From the NCBI RefSeq assembly GCF_006345805.1, contig NC_043002.1, positions 113,212,001-113,276,000 on the forward strand: a DNA stretch of 64,000 bases. Reading direction: 5' to 3'. Position numbers and translations under genes: made by a program. The stretch is from Octopus sinensis. Its lineage: Eukaryota. Positions 26,055 to 39,139 of the stretch are shown piece by piece; the first letter of the stretch is position 1; each line of letters opens with the position of its first letter. The notes under the pieces are model-generated. The model saw only the letters and a list, made by a program, of their open reading frames with translations, was not told the DNA's origin and did not search any database.

Positions 26055-26285
26055 TTTTTTTTCTTTACTACCCACAAGGGGCTAAACACAGAGGGGACAA
26101 ACAAGGACAGACAAAGGGATTAAGTCGATTATGTTGACCCCAGTACGTAACTGGTACTTATTTAATCGACCCCGAAAGGATGAAAGGCAAAGTCGACCTC
26201 GGCGGAATTTGAACTCAGAACGTAACGGCAGATGAAATACGGCTACGCACTTCGCCCGGCGTGCTAATGTTTCTGCCAGCTCGCA
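26055..26285 (-). mobile_element. Full-length SINE family B with 14-bp TSD
   Basis: TSD gtcatttaattagt at 26041-26054 and 26286-26299. Confidence 0.92.
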
Positions 26286-26334
26286 GTCATTTAATTAGTA
26301 TTTTTTTATGTACATATATTTCAGATTTATTTAC

Positions 26335-26470
26335 TTTATTTACATTCGACGGATATTTGTCCTCATCTTGTTTGTCGTTAACACAAAGTTTCGGCTGATA
26401 TACCCTCCAGCCTTCATCAGGTGTCTTGGGAAAATTTCGGACTGGGTTCTCATTCCTTAGGTATTTTTCG
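26335..26470 (-). mobile_element. Short hammerhead-bearing repeat (HHR at 26380-26425)
   Basis: gacac CTGATGA a ggctg gagggtatat cagcc GAAAC TTT gtgtt; homologous to 27661-27790. Confidence 0.7.
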
Positions 26471-26471
26471 A

Positions 26472-26473
<2 letters not shown>

Positions 26474-26531
<58 letters not shown>
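26474..26531. repeat. (TTA)n microsatellite at the 3' end of the R4/Dong fragment
   Basis: Direct reading. Confidence 0.95.
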
Positions 26532-26532
<1 letters not shown>

Positions 26533-27660
26533 TTCCTTCCTTCTTCAAATTTTCTTCCGTTTCTCGCCGAGTGTTTTCCGTACACCTAGGGCAGAGAAGT
26601 TCGTTGTATGTATTCCCAGATTATACTCGCAAATTCACAGGTAAAATATGTATTTAAAAATTAATAAATAAATAAATTCATGATAATGTTTTTGTCACTA
26701 CATGAGCCGTTCCAGTTAACACGATTTCTTGCACTTCCTGGTAGCATTTTCAAATAGGTTTCAGTACCTTTTTTTAATCATTCCTAGAGATCCTACAATC
26801 ACTGGTACTGTAGTCGCCTTGAGATGCCACATTTTTTCAATTTCCCTTACCAAGTCTTTATATTTACTAATCTTGTCAAATTCTTTCGCCGCAATATTGT
26901 GATCGCAAGGAATACTCATGCCAGTTAATAAACACCTTTTTTGTCTGATCTTTTCTAATATCCGGTTTATCAGCTTTTATAGTTTTGTCGGTATGTACAG
27001 GGAAGTCCCCTAGAATCGATACATTTTTTTTCCTTCAGTCACAGCTTCAGGGTGGTGTTTATACCATTTGTCAGCGGTTTTGATTTTATAATGCCGACAT
27101 AGTGTCCGGTGTAAATACTGACTGAATCTGTCATGTCTTGCTTTATATTCTACAGGTGCTAAGACTCTACACCCTGAGATTAGGTAGTCTATAGTTTCAG
27201 TCTCATCGTTACAGAATCGGCATTTTGGGTCAGCTCCATTTTTTATCACATTGACTTGGTAGTTCCGAGTAAATAAGCTTTGGTCTTGAGCAGCCAATAT
27301 GAAGCCTTCACTCTCTGCTTTTAGCCCAGAGCTTCGTAACCATTGATGCGTGTGTTTCTGGTCGACATCAGCTTGTTTGCTACGGGTCACATACTTGCCA
27401 TGCAGAGGTTTCTGTTCCCATCTGCTAGCTAATTTTTCATGTGCTTTTGTCTTTGCAATTAATTATATTTTCTTTGCAGCAGCAGTTGGCGCATTTCCTT
27501 CAACCTGATCAATCTGGTAGGTATCTAAGAGATCAGTACGAATGTTTTGCTCTCTTTCAGAATAGAGTGAAATTTTTTCGGTCTTTGATGCTTTTCAACA
27601 AGTCTTAGCATCCAATCGTTGGTTGTTGCAAGGTATTTGGCCAGTCCAATCGTGGTGGTT
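26532..27660 (-). pseudogene. R4/Dong-clade non-LTR retrotransposon 3' part (CCHC knuckle, restriction-like endonuclease, 3' UTR)
   Basis: LKAESEGFILAAQDQSL...CRFC..ETIDYLISGC..LAP.EY..RHD, then across frameshifts KPDI..KD...SIPCDHNIAAKEFDKISKYKDL..EI.KMW; ends in (TAA)n. Confidence 0.9.
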
Positions 27661-27790
27661 TGAGAACCCAGGTTCGAAATTTCCCCAAGACACCTGAAGA
27701 AGACTGGAGGGTATATCAGCCGAAATGTTGTGTTAACAACAAACAAGATGAGGAAAATATCTGTCGAATGTAAATAATGTACATAATTCC
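27661..27790 (+). mobile_element. Second copy of the short hammerhead-bearing repeat (HHR at 27689-27734)
   Basis: gacac CTGAAGA a gactg gagggtatat cagcc GAAAT GTT gtgtt. Confidence 0.7.
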
Positions 27791-28039
27791 ACATTTCTTA
27801 AATATAGAATTGTATTATTTCAGATTTGTTTTAAATTATGAATGTGTGTGGAGTGAGGTGGGGGTGCATTGCAGACATTTTGAGATGTTCTTGTAATTTT
27901 AGTATATCATTATTATACATTTAAGAAGCTGAAATGCCAACTTCTGTTGGAAGTGGGCGGCAGCAACAACATTTTGAAAGAATCCTTCTAAACACTGCTT
28001 TTCACAGCTGATTAGTTTGCAGAATGCAGACATATTGTC

Positions 28040-28420
28040 CAATGTAAATACTAGCCGACTCTGTCATGTCTTGCTTTATATTCTACAGGTGCTAAAACGT
28101 TACACCCTGAAATTAGGTGGTCTATAGTTTCAATCTCGACGTTACAGAATCGGCATTTTGGGTCGGCTCCATTTTTTATCACATTGGCTTGGTAGTTCCG
28201 GGTTAATAAGCTTTGGTCTTGAGCAGCCAATATGAAGCCTTCACTCTCTGCTTCCTCCAGTACAATTATGAAACCAATAACATTATCACAGCAGAACAAC
28301 CAGCTGGGAAGAAGGGAGTCTGGGGATGTGCCGAGCAATTATTAGTAAAAAAAACTGATGTCAGAGGAAGAACCTAGTTTCAATGCGGCTAAACTACATG
28401 AATGCCTTTGACTCTGGATG
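28040..28420. pseudogene. R4/Dong fragments joined in opposite orientations (knuckle on minus 28040-28255; RT piece on plus 28255-28420)
   Basis: Minus: AESEGFILAAQDQSLLTRNYQ...CRFC...HLISGC...RHD. Plus: ETNNIITAEQ..GKKGVWGCAEQLL, near-identical to 31875-32045. Confidence 0.82.
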
Positions 28421-28554
28421 CCAGATAATTTGGAAGCTTGCCACGCAATAAAGTTTTCTGCTAAGCTAATGGAAAATACTACCGAAATGCAATGCTCCAG
28501 ACTTCTTAGGGATCGACTTGTATCAACTGAGCATCTGTTTAGGCTAGCACAAAG

Positions 28555-29070
28555 AGGCCAGGCAAAGCATGTCCACCGGGAATCTCATGATGACCCCTTC
28601 TTCGACAACAATGGCATCATCTATATCCACTGAATTCCCTCTGGCTACACGATTAACAAAGAATAAATTGTAGCGATTTTGAGGGATTCAGGAAGATATT
28701 TTGTCGCAAAAGGTCTGTATCTGCACCATGACAACGCACCAGTTCCCACTTACATCCTAGTATCCAACTATTTGATAAATTTGGACATCAAAACTGTTCC
28801 TCACGCTCTCTGTAGTCCCCAAATTGAAGGAGAACCTCAAGAACAGTCATTTTACAGATATTGAGATGATGAAGGCGGAATCGAAGAAGGGTCCTGGACA
28901 CTTTCACTTCGGAAGACTTTCACTTCGGAAGACTTTCACTGGGTCTTCACAAAATGGTTAGAATATTACAGGGATATTGTAATCAGAGGATCGTACTTTG
29001 AAGGAGATAAAAGTTAAACACTTCTTTGAAATCAACTGAAATAGTCTCAAAACTTCTGGAATGCACCTTG
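28555..29070 (+). mobile_element. Mariner transposase remnant (catalytic region to C-terminus) with 3' TIR
   Basis: FFDNNGIIY...LHHDNAP...KLKENLK...GSYFEGD across stops and frameshifts; ends ctggaatgcaccttg followed by TA. Confidence 0.85.
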
Positions 29071-29491
29071 TACATACATACATACATACATACATACATA
29101 CATACATACATACATACATACATACATACATACATACATACATACATACTTACATACATGCATGTATGCATGCATAACTCGTAGCGGCAAGTAGCGTATT
29201 TGGCGTGGGTGACTATTTATCGAAAATACAATGAATACTATCTCCAACTTTGGAGCCACAACTATTGGGCGTGTTAGATATCTGGTTAATCTTCAGATGA
29301 ATTGACTGAGGGAGCCTTTTATTCACGATCCTAGTGATTTTCGACTGAAACTTGAATTTTACATGCAGAGTGTTACTACAAACTACATGGCTGGACACAT
29401 CAACAACACCTTCGACGAACAGAACAAAAGCAAATAGCTCAACAGGTAAACAAATTCCTTCTACTTGTAGTTACAGAAGAAACCGTAGCAT

Positions 29492-29914
29492 AGGTGCAGG
29501 AGTGGCTGTGTGGTAAGTAGCTTGTTTACCAACCACATGGTTCCGGGTTCAGTCCCACTGCATGGCATCTTGGGCAAGTGTCTTCTACTATAGCCTCGGG
29601 CCGACCAAAGCCTTGTGAGTGGATTTGGTAGACGGAAACTGAAAGAAGCCCGTCGTATATATGTATATATTTGAATATATATATATATATATATATATGC
29701 GTGTGTGTGTTTGTGTGTCTGTGTTTGTCCCCCTAGCATTGCTTGACAACCGATGCTGGTGTGTTTATGTCCCCGTCACTTAGCGGTTCGGCAAAAGAGA
29801 CCGATAGAATAAGTACTGGGCTTACAAAAGAATAAGTCCCGGGGTCGAGTTGCTCGATTAAAGGCGGTGCTCCAGCATGGCCGCAGTCAAATGACTGAAA
29901 CAAGTAAAAGAGTA
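29492..29914 (+). mobile_element. Full-length SINE family A
   Basis: Homology to family A. Confidence 0.92.
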
Positions 29915-30272
29915 CATTACTGGCTCAAGTAAGTGACCACTGTCCCCCTACTACGGCTATGGTAAATAGCAGGCACAACCGCAATGATTATTCTAGTAGT
30001 AGTGGTAGTTATGATTGTATGCTGGTGAAATGTGCTTTTACGGAAATTTTTCGACAAAAAATAACTTTGGCTTTGAAATACTCTTTCGAGGAGAGAGTAT
30101 TTTCTATCAAAGTAAGTAGAAACAAAACACCAGATACGGTATTAAAAGCTGTTAACGAAAATGGTGATGAGTATTTACAACAGTGATAAACCACATACTG
30201 GCAGATGAACGCCTGTCTATATGCTCTGGCTACTACTGTAAAACAGTACCTGAATGATATTCAAAAAGTAAA

Positions 30273-30680
30273 CGCAGGAGTGGCTGTGTGGTAAGTAGCT
30301 TGTCTACCAACCACATGGTTCCGGGTTCAGTCCTACTGCGTGACACCTTGGGCAAGTGTCTTCTACTATAGCCTCGGACCGACCAAAGCCTTGTGAGTGG
30401 ATTTGGTAGACGGAAACTGAAAGAAGCCTGTCGTTTATATGTATATATATGTATGCGTGTGTGTTTGTGTGTCTGTGTTTGTCCTCCTAGCATTGCTTGA
30501 CAACCAATGCTGATGTGTTTACGTCCCCGTAACTTAGCGGTTCGGCAAAAAGAGACCGATCGAATAAGTACTGGGCTTACAAAGAATAAGTCCCGGGGTC
30601 GATTTGCTCGACTAAAGGCGGTGCTCCAGCATGGCCGCAGTCAAATGACTGAAACAAGTAAAAGAAAAAAAGAAAAAAAA
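30273..30680 (+). mobile_element. SINE family A nested in the R4/Dong remnant
   Basis: Homology to family A. Confidence 0.9.
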
Positions 30681-31419
30681 CGAAATAGCAAAGAAAGTAC
30701 CATCATGGGATTTGAAGACAAAGAAAATGATGACTGGTTTACGGAAGACCATCAGTGATGTAATGATTACAAACAAGCAAATCACTATACACCCCGCCAA
30801 CAGAAAATAAAGAAGGAGATAGAAATGATGTGTTTGGAGACAGCAAAAAGAAGACACTCACTTGCAAACTGATTAGCCTCAAGCAGGATCTAAAAGCTGT
30901 CAGTGAAATACTCCGACATCAGAAGAGAATGACCGCAAGAAGAACAACAAACAAAAGATTTAACCGCGACCAGGCAGCAGTATACAGAGACATGAGAGGG
31001 GGAGCAATAAATATCACAGAAGCTCCTTCACGAGAAGACATAGACTCCTTCTGGAGGAAAATCTGAAGCGATGACAAGAATTTAACCAAGATGCTTTGTG
31101 GCTGGAAAAAATCCGAAAAAGTTATTGCTCCTGCGTTACATCCAAGACATAAAATATTGATGGTGAAATTCTTGCAACTGTGATCCAGAAACTCCAGGAT
31201 GGAAAAGCACCTGGAAGAGACTTGATAGTTGGATATGGGTACAAGAAGTTAACATTCTACTGACCATATTTTATTAATCTATACCGGCAAGTTTTCATTG
31301 GGAACAGTAGCATACCACACTGATTAGCTCTGGCGGAGACAAAATTGATCCCCAAATGCAGTGCCATCCACATGGCAAAAAACAACCGGCCAGTTGCATG
31401 CCAGAACTTAATAAGATAT

Positions 31420-31850
31420 ACTATTTTTACTATTTTACTATTTTACTTGTTTCAGTCATTTGACTGCGGCCATGCTGGAGCACCGCCTTTAGTCGAGCAA
31501 ATCGACCCCGGGACTTATTCTTTGAAAGCCCAGTACTTATTCTATCGGTCTCTTTTGCCGAACCGCTAAGTTACGGGGACGTAAACACACCAGCATCGGT
31601 TATCAAGCGATGTTGGGGGGGGGGACAAACACACACACACAAACACACACACATACACATATATACATATATATATACATATATTCGACAGGCTTCTTTC
31701 AGTTTCCGTCTACCAAATCCACTCACAAGGCATTGGTCGGCCCGGGGCTATAGCAGAAGACACTTGCCCAAGATGCCACGCAGTGGGACTGAACCCGGAA
31801 CCATGTGGTTGGTTAGCAAGCTACTTACCACACAGCCACTCCTGCGCCTA
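31420..31850 (-). mobile_element. SINE family A nested in the R4/Dong remnant
   Basis: Homology to family A. Confidence 0.9.
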
Positions 31851-32133
31851 TATATACAGCATGTTTAAAGCTCTTCCTCCAGTACAATTGTGAAACCAAT
31901 AACATTATCACAGCAGAACAAGCTGCTGGGAAGAAGGGAGTCTGGAGATGTGCCGAGCAATTGTTAATCAACAGAACTGTGATGTTAGAGGAAGAACCTA
32001 GTTTCAATGCGGCTAAACTACAAGAATGTCTTTGACTCTGGATGCCAGAAGCCCAACTTGTGTGTGTGTGTGTGCGTGTGTGTGGGGGGGATATCTGCAT
32101 GTATGTATGTATGTATGTATGCATGTATGTATG

Positions 32134-32165
<32 letters not shown>

Positions 32166-33133
32166 TGTATGTATGTATGAATGTATGTATGTATGTACGT
32201 ACGTACGTATGTATGTATGCATGCATGCATGTATGTATGGACAGACAGACAGATAAATAGATGCGTACACGCATATTCGTGTATTTTTGTGTGCACCGAT
32301 ATAAAACGGTTTATCAAGATGCGTCGAATAATGGCAAATTCAGTAATTTCGATAAGTGGGTCTATAAAATAAGTAGCAGATTTAATTAGTCGAATCACGA
32401 TCGACTCCAAAAAATATTGAAAATATAAAATCCTCTGAAGAGATTACCGAAGCTGGTATTTCGTGTTATTTTCCTGTATTTACTCATTCAGGATGGAATT
32501 AAAACTTCGGTGAAGCCTTTAAATCTCCATTTAAGCTCTTTCTGTTAACAGCATTAAATTTTGGAATTACATTCCAATTAAATCATTTGCTGCAGAGTTC
32601 TTTACTAAAAGATTAACAGAATTTAGATCCATCCATCTTTACATTCAGTGTTTAAATTCAGCTGGAAAAGTTATTTTATTTAATCCCTCTGGCGCCGACA
32701 TACTAAGTATTACTTATACATAATAGTTGATACATTCACTTATGCTCGTTACTTGCAAATCAGTTGCCTTATGCTAATTTAATAACGGCTTATTAAATTA
32801 TTTTCTAATAAAAACCAAAAGATTTTGTGCTTTGATAAAATATTGTATTCTTATCGAATAGGCACGGGGAGGAGAAATGGAAAATTGTGAAGTTCATACA
32901 TTTTTTTAATAGTATTAACGCTCTTCTAGAAAATCTTATTTAACTTTTTGCGGTGGTCTAAAGTCTCCCTTGGTTTCACAGCTGAATCATGTTTACCATT
33001 TATACAATATATGCTGCGGGTTTACACATGGAAGTAATACAAGAAACGAACTTTCGAAATAACAGTGAGACTTTATTCGTCTATAAAGTAGTACAGAGGA
33101 TCAAGAAAGAAACATCACGAATTCTGGTGTTTG

Positions 33134-33528
33134 CGGATGGATGGAAGCACTCCGTCGGTTACGACGACGAGGGTTCCGGTTGATCCGAATCAACGGAACA
33201 GCCTGCTCGTGAAATTAACGTGTAAGTGACTGAGCACTCCACAGACACGTGCACCCTTAACGTAGTTCTCAGGGATATTCAGCGTGACACAGAGAGTGAC
33301 AAGGCCGGCCCTTTGAAATACAGGTACAACAGAAACAGGAAGTAAGAGTGAGAGAAAGTTGTGGTGAAAGAGTACAGCAGGGATCACCACCATCCCCTGC
33401 CGGAGCCTCGTGGAGCTTTTTAGGTGTTTTCGCTCAATAAACACTCACAACGCCCGGTCTGGGAATCGAAACCGCGATCCTATGACCGCGGGTCCGCTGC
33501 CCTAACCACTGGGCCATTGCGCCTCCAC
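33134..33528 (-). mobile_element. Full-length SINE family C (tail a) with 11-bp TSD
   Basis: TSD tctggtgtttg at 33123-33133 and 33529-33539. Confidence 0.92.
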
Positions 33529-34000
33529 TCTGGTGTTTGTAGTACCTCCATCGTTTGGATAATTCAGCTTGGGTCGTCGTTGGTTACGTTTACTCGGTTA
33601 TTCTGGTGAATAACGGCAGGAAATCAACATATCTCGCCTTCATGAAAATCACTCATCCTTCTGCTCGTAGATAAATTGTCACACCGATTTACAGAAAAAA
33701 AAATTGGCTACAAACTCGATATTGATTCTTTTTATATAGAAAAGAAGGTATCAATTGATATGGGAAGGGCATCATTCAATTACAAGCTCTTATTTGTGCT
33801 AATAGAGTTCTTCTACGGCGCCGTGTAACCTGCTAGAAATTGCAACCAAATCAGTCTTCTTCAAATGACAATTTACCTCATAAAAGAAAAAGAATATATT
33901 GTGTAATGTGCTTCTGGATACATTATATTTGAAATTAGAAGGTAGGATGAGCACAACGGAAACATTGTTCCCCCTTCGCCTATATATATATATATATATA

Positions 34001-34360
34001 GGCGCAGGGGTGGCTGTGTGGGAAGTAGCTTGGGCAAGTAGCACCTTGGGCAAGCGTCTTCTACTATACCCTCGGGCCGGCCAAATCTTTGTGAGTGGAT
34101 TTGGTTGACGGAAACTAACCGAAGACCGTCACACACACACTTGTGTGTGTGTGTGTGTGAATATGTTTGTGTGTCTGTGTTTGTCCCACCCCACCCCCAA
34201 CAACGCTTGACAACCGATGCCGTAACTTAGCGGTTCGGCAAAAAACGGACCGATAGAATAAGTACTAAGCTTACAAAGAATAAGTCCTGGGTCGATTTGC
34301 TCGACTAAAGGCGGTGCTCCAGCATGACCGCAGTGAAATGACTGAAACAAATAAAAGAAT
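34001..34360 (+). mobile_element. SINE family A with internal deletions
   Basis: Homology to family A. Confidence 0.88.
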
Positions 34361-34400
34361 TTAAAAATATATGCATGTGTGTGTGTGTTTATATATATAT

Positions 34401-34816
34401 AAGAAGTGGCTGTGTGGTAAGTAGCTTGCTAACTAACCACATGGTTCCGGGTTCAGTCCCACTGCGTGGCATCTTGGGCAAGTGTCTTCTGCTATAGACC
34501 CGGGCCGACCAAAGCCTTGTGAGTGGATTTGGTAGACGGAAACTGAAAGAAGCCTGTCGTATATATGTATATATATATATGTAAGTGTGTGTGTATGTGT
34601 TTGTGTGTCTGTGTTTGTCACCCCACCATCGCTTGACAACCGATGCTGGTGTGTTTACGTCCCCGTCACTTAGCGGTTCGGCAAAAAGAGACCGATAGAA
34701 TAAGTACTGGGCTTACAAAGAATAAGTCCTGGGGTCGATTTGCTCGACTAAAGGCGTTGCTCCAGCATGGCTGCAGTCAAATGACTGAAACAAGTAAAAG
34801 AATAAAGAGTAAGAGT
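34401..34816 (+). mobile_element. SINE family A
   Basis: Homology to family A. Confidence 0.9.
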
Positions 34817-34828
34817 ATATATATGTGG

Positions 34829-34864
<36 letters not shown>

Positions 34865-34919
34865 TATATACACACATATATGTATATATATATATATATG
34901 TGTGTGGTGTGTGTGTGTG

Positions 34920-34951
<32 letters not shown>

Positions 34952-36398
34952 ATGTATATGCCTCCATACGGAAGCTGTTGATAACAAAATGTGATAAAAT
35001 ACTCTCTGTGGGGGTTAATACGTAGATAAAACTAATCAACAAGTCAGCTTGAAGAGTTTATTTATCTTTTAAGTCAAACGGCGTGTGTAGGTCGCGTACA
35101 CATTTCTAAACATCATAAAACGTTGTTGGTTCGTTGTAAGCTGACTGTCTGTTTTGTTGATTTTAACGTCTTATCTACAGACATTATAAACTCTTTTACA
35201 AACTTTCCGTTTAAAACTCGAACTATTTAAATGTGTTAGACAAGAAGAAAATGGCAAAAATCAACGTGGAATAAAGAGAGAGAAGAGAAATAAAAGAAAT
35301 ATGAGAAAGAAGAATTGGGGGTGAAAAATGGGGAGACAAAACTTGACATTTCGTTAGAAAGCTGGTTGATGGAAGGAATTTGTTAGCTAACAGTTACCAG
35401 TGTGTACAAAGCGCGTTAGGTTTTTGGGACAAATTTGTTCTTTTAGAAAATTATACATTATAATAACAGCAAGCAACTTTATTAATGAAAACATTTGTAT
35501 ATATAAACTAAATTATCATCTTTACAATCATTCAATGTAGCCACCTTAAACTTAAACAACTGGTTCCGATATGAACCAGGACCAGATTGATGGGTCCTGG
35601 TTCATATCGGACATTACTCTATGACTGCTTTCAAAGAATCCTTGGTGTTATGAGAATATTGATTTACCCCCCCCCCCCACACACACACACACTCTCTCCC
35701 TCTTAACAACGCTCCACACATAGTAGTCCAATGGATTGAGATATGGTGAGTTTGGAAGTGAAATGTTAGGGGTTATATAATCATGAAAATTGTAAGCCAA
35801 ACCATCCATTCTTGGCTTACTTGAGTCTTATGTGATGGTGCTGAGCCCCACTGAGTACTCTATCTATCCAGGGCTTCATAACTGTTTCCAGGACCTCAAT
35901 GTAGCCAGCAGAGTTAACTCTCACGCTTTAGGGAAAGAAGTGAGAAGGCATAACATCCTTCAGTACTGACGATTCCAAAAGCCATGATTGTTGCAGGAAA
36001 TTTTGCATGCATGGTTGCTGGAACTTACTGTTTCGGCCAATTACACTTGAGACAGTTCGATCTAGTGAATGTATACGGCAACAAAGACAAAAAAACGGAG
36101 AACATGGTACACAATTACAAATACAAACAGGAATATAACAACGGGTGTCTTTCGACTGAGAACGAATCAAATTGAGCTGGTGTGTATAAAGTGAAAGCCT
36201 AAAGGCAGGAACATGGGAGATGGACATAAGAAGTGTTGACGGTCGGCTGCCAGGCAAAGAAAGAATGATCGTTGCTGGCTGGACAACGGTCACGTGGAAG
36301 GAAGAAAAAATAGGGGCAGCGGGATTGAAGGATTCGAAAAAATTCAGAGAAAGGTACCGGGGAGATAAACGAAAGGGGAAAATATATTTGTATATATA

Positions 36399-36660
36399 TC
36401 TATATATATATATAAAACTGAGAATGTGTGTTGTCTGTCTGTCTGTCTGTGTGTTTCCCTAAAACTTGAGAACTACACAACCAATTTCATTCAAATTTTA
36501 CACATACCTTACTTAGGGTCCGGGGAGTGTCATCGGCAAAAACAAATGTTCAACTTCTTGCCTAGGGCGAGCCCATAGCAATATCATATCTTCTCCACTA
36601 TTTCAGTATTACGTGTTAAAAATGAAACAAAAACATTTCTCTATTTTATGTCAGATATTT
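36399..36660 (+). mobile_element. Non-autonomous Helitron-like 5' fragment
   Basis: TC-tatatatatataaaactgagaatgtgtg-(gtct)n...accaatttcattcaaatttt start pattern; 3' end not located. Confidence 0.45.
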
Positions 36661-37889
36661 CACTTTAACAATAAAAATTAGAGATAATAATAACAATTGA
36701 GTTATATGTAGTAAGTAATAATTAAAACCAAACTAAAGTATAATATAATAATTAAATCGTAACATAACAAAAGTAAAAATAGCAATTGGTATAAAATTGC
36801 ATCAATGATTTGAACTTGAATAAGTGGTTTCACATGAATGGGAATAAATTAAAAATAAAATTAGTGTGCAGAAATGGAATAGTCCAGATGGATAATAAAA
36901 AATTAAATTAAAGAATAGACTATTGTCTATAAAGTATACAATGTAGAGAAAAAATAAGATTTGAACACCTGGAGGGAAGCACCTTCGAAAAGTGTCTTAC
37001 TGCGACTATGAAAGATATCTAACCAGAGGCGGTAAATTCGCCACAATAGAAGCAAGGTTCGAGTCAAGGAGTACTCGACTCGAACTTGCAAAGTGGAAAT
37101 ATTTTATTTTTACCTTTATATCTGGAACGTAGGATGTCCCGGATAAAAATTAAAAATGCCCCCCTCCCCGAAGTAGAGGTAGGCTGGATTGTAGCCACAC
37201 TTCTATACAAGAGGGAGGACAAGATACAATTGATCGAAATTGCAAGAGACGGGCTATCAATTCCAGTCTGTTATATATTTTGAGTATTGTTATCACTAGC
37301 GATATCAAGATATAACTTTGTATTTTGTATTTTATGTGTAGATGTATATATATATAGATGTACATGTAATATGTACACATATATATACACATATATGCAT
37401 GCACTAGCACGATGACCCGGCAACGACGGGTCATAATGCTACTATATATATATATAATACACTTTAATTGAAATACAGTTTCCCAAAAATTAAACATATC
37501 TAATATAATAAATGTGAATGTCAGTGTGTCACACTTTCTCAACTTTAATAAATCCTTTCTACTGCAAGCGCAAAGCCTCAAATTTTAAGGGAAGGGATTA
37601 AGTCGATTACATCGACCCAGGACGTAACTGGTATTAATTTCATCGACCCCAAAAGGATGAAAGGATGAAAGGCAAAGTCGAACTCAATACCTAAAGGCGG
37701 ACGAAATACCACTAAGCATTCCTGCCTTGATAGAATATAATAATAGAATATAATATAAAATAATAAATGTGAATGTCAGTGTGTCAGTGTATCACACTTT
37801 TTCACCTTTAATCCTAGAGGCCGTAGCCCAACATATACCATTTTGGTTGACTCCGTGAGTAAATTAAATATATTCCAGGCTGAATCCGG

Positions 37890-38185
37890 ACCTGGAAGAT
37901 GGCAGGAGACCAGCGCAGATTGCTTTAAAAGTGCTCTAATACAGACAGAAATTGCAGCAGGTAATTAGGAGTGGGAGGCACAAGACCGCGATGGATGGAG
38001 GAACATAGTGCATGATGGTTGCTCAAGGTTTGAGAGGGAGAGAATGAAGTATGAGAGAATTAGGAGTGGGCTTAGAAGGGAGAAACTGTGGAAAGTGAGA
38101 GACTATTGGTATTTATGTGTGTGGTTTGTGGGCGGAGATGTTTGAGTCGTGTGGGCCTGGTGATCCATCAAAATTCTCATAGAAA
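37890..38185 (+). pseudogene. RTE-clade LINE C-terminus with C2H2-like finger
   Basis: WEAQDRDGWRNIVHDGCSRFERER...(frameshift) CVVCGRRCLSRVGLVIHQNSH is typical of RTE/BovB ORF ends. Confidence 0.82.
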
Positions 38186-38216
38186 TCGACCCATGATAAA
38201 CAATGATGTGGCTCCC

Positions 38217-38358
38217 TTTTACTCTTTTACTCTTACTTGTTTCAGTCATTTGACTATGGCTATGCTGGAGCACCGCCTTTAGTCGAGCAAATCGACCCCA
38301 GGACTTATTCTTTGTAAGCCTAGTACTTATTCTATTGGTCTCTTTTGCCGAACAGCTA
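38217..38358 (-). mobile_element. SINE family A, 3' fragment
   Basis: Homology to family A. Confidence 0.85.
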
Positions 38359-38568
38359 ACAAAGTTTCCAGACAGACGATACAAGGAAAGCAAGGACGAA
38401 TCATTCAGAGTTTTCCATCCTCAGTCGAGTTCTAGATTATCTTGGCAATTTCGGCTGGATATACTCGAGATTGCTCCAATCTGGCCAACCCCAAGGTAAA
38501 ATAAGCTAAGAGCATTACATTCCTTGGAAGAAAGCAGCGAATGTATACGAGCGAATGTATACGAGCGA

Positions 38569-38672
38569 GCTTAGTATTACTTAAATTTTCCTCGAATGAG
38601 GCTTTTACATGCCGAAGACTACTTGGTGTAATTGATAATTATTCCAAATTAATTAATTTCACCCTTCATTAT
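38569..38672 (+). repeat. 104-bp fragment of the 591-bp array unit, abutting (TA)n
   Basis: Matches 48523-48626 with no difference seen by eye. Confidence 0.9.
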
Positions 38673-39135
<463 letters not shown>

Positions 39136-39139
39136 GTAT

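Larger units (their letters stand above)
30050..32045 (+). pseudogene. R4/Dong-clade RT-region remnant interrupted by two SINE A insertions
   Basis: RFNRDQAAVYRDM...FWRKI...KAPGRDLIVGY.YKKLT...TKLIPK...AKNNRPVACQN, continuing after the SINE at 31875 as ETNNIITAEQAAGKKGVW.CAEQLLIN. Confidence 0.82.
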
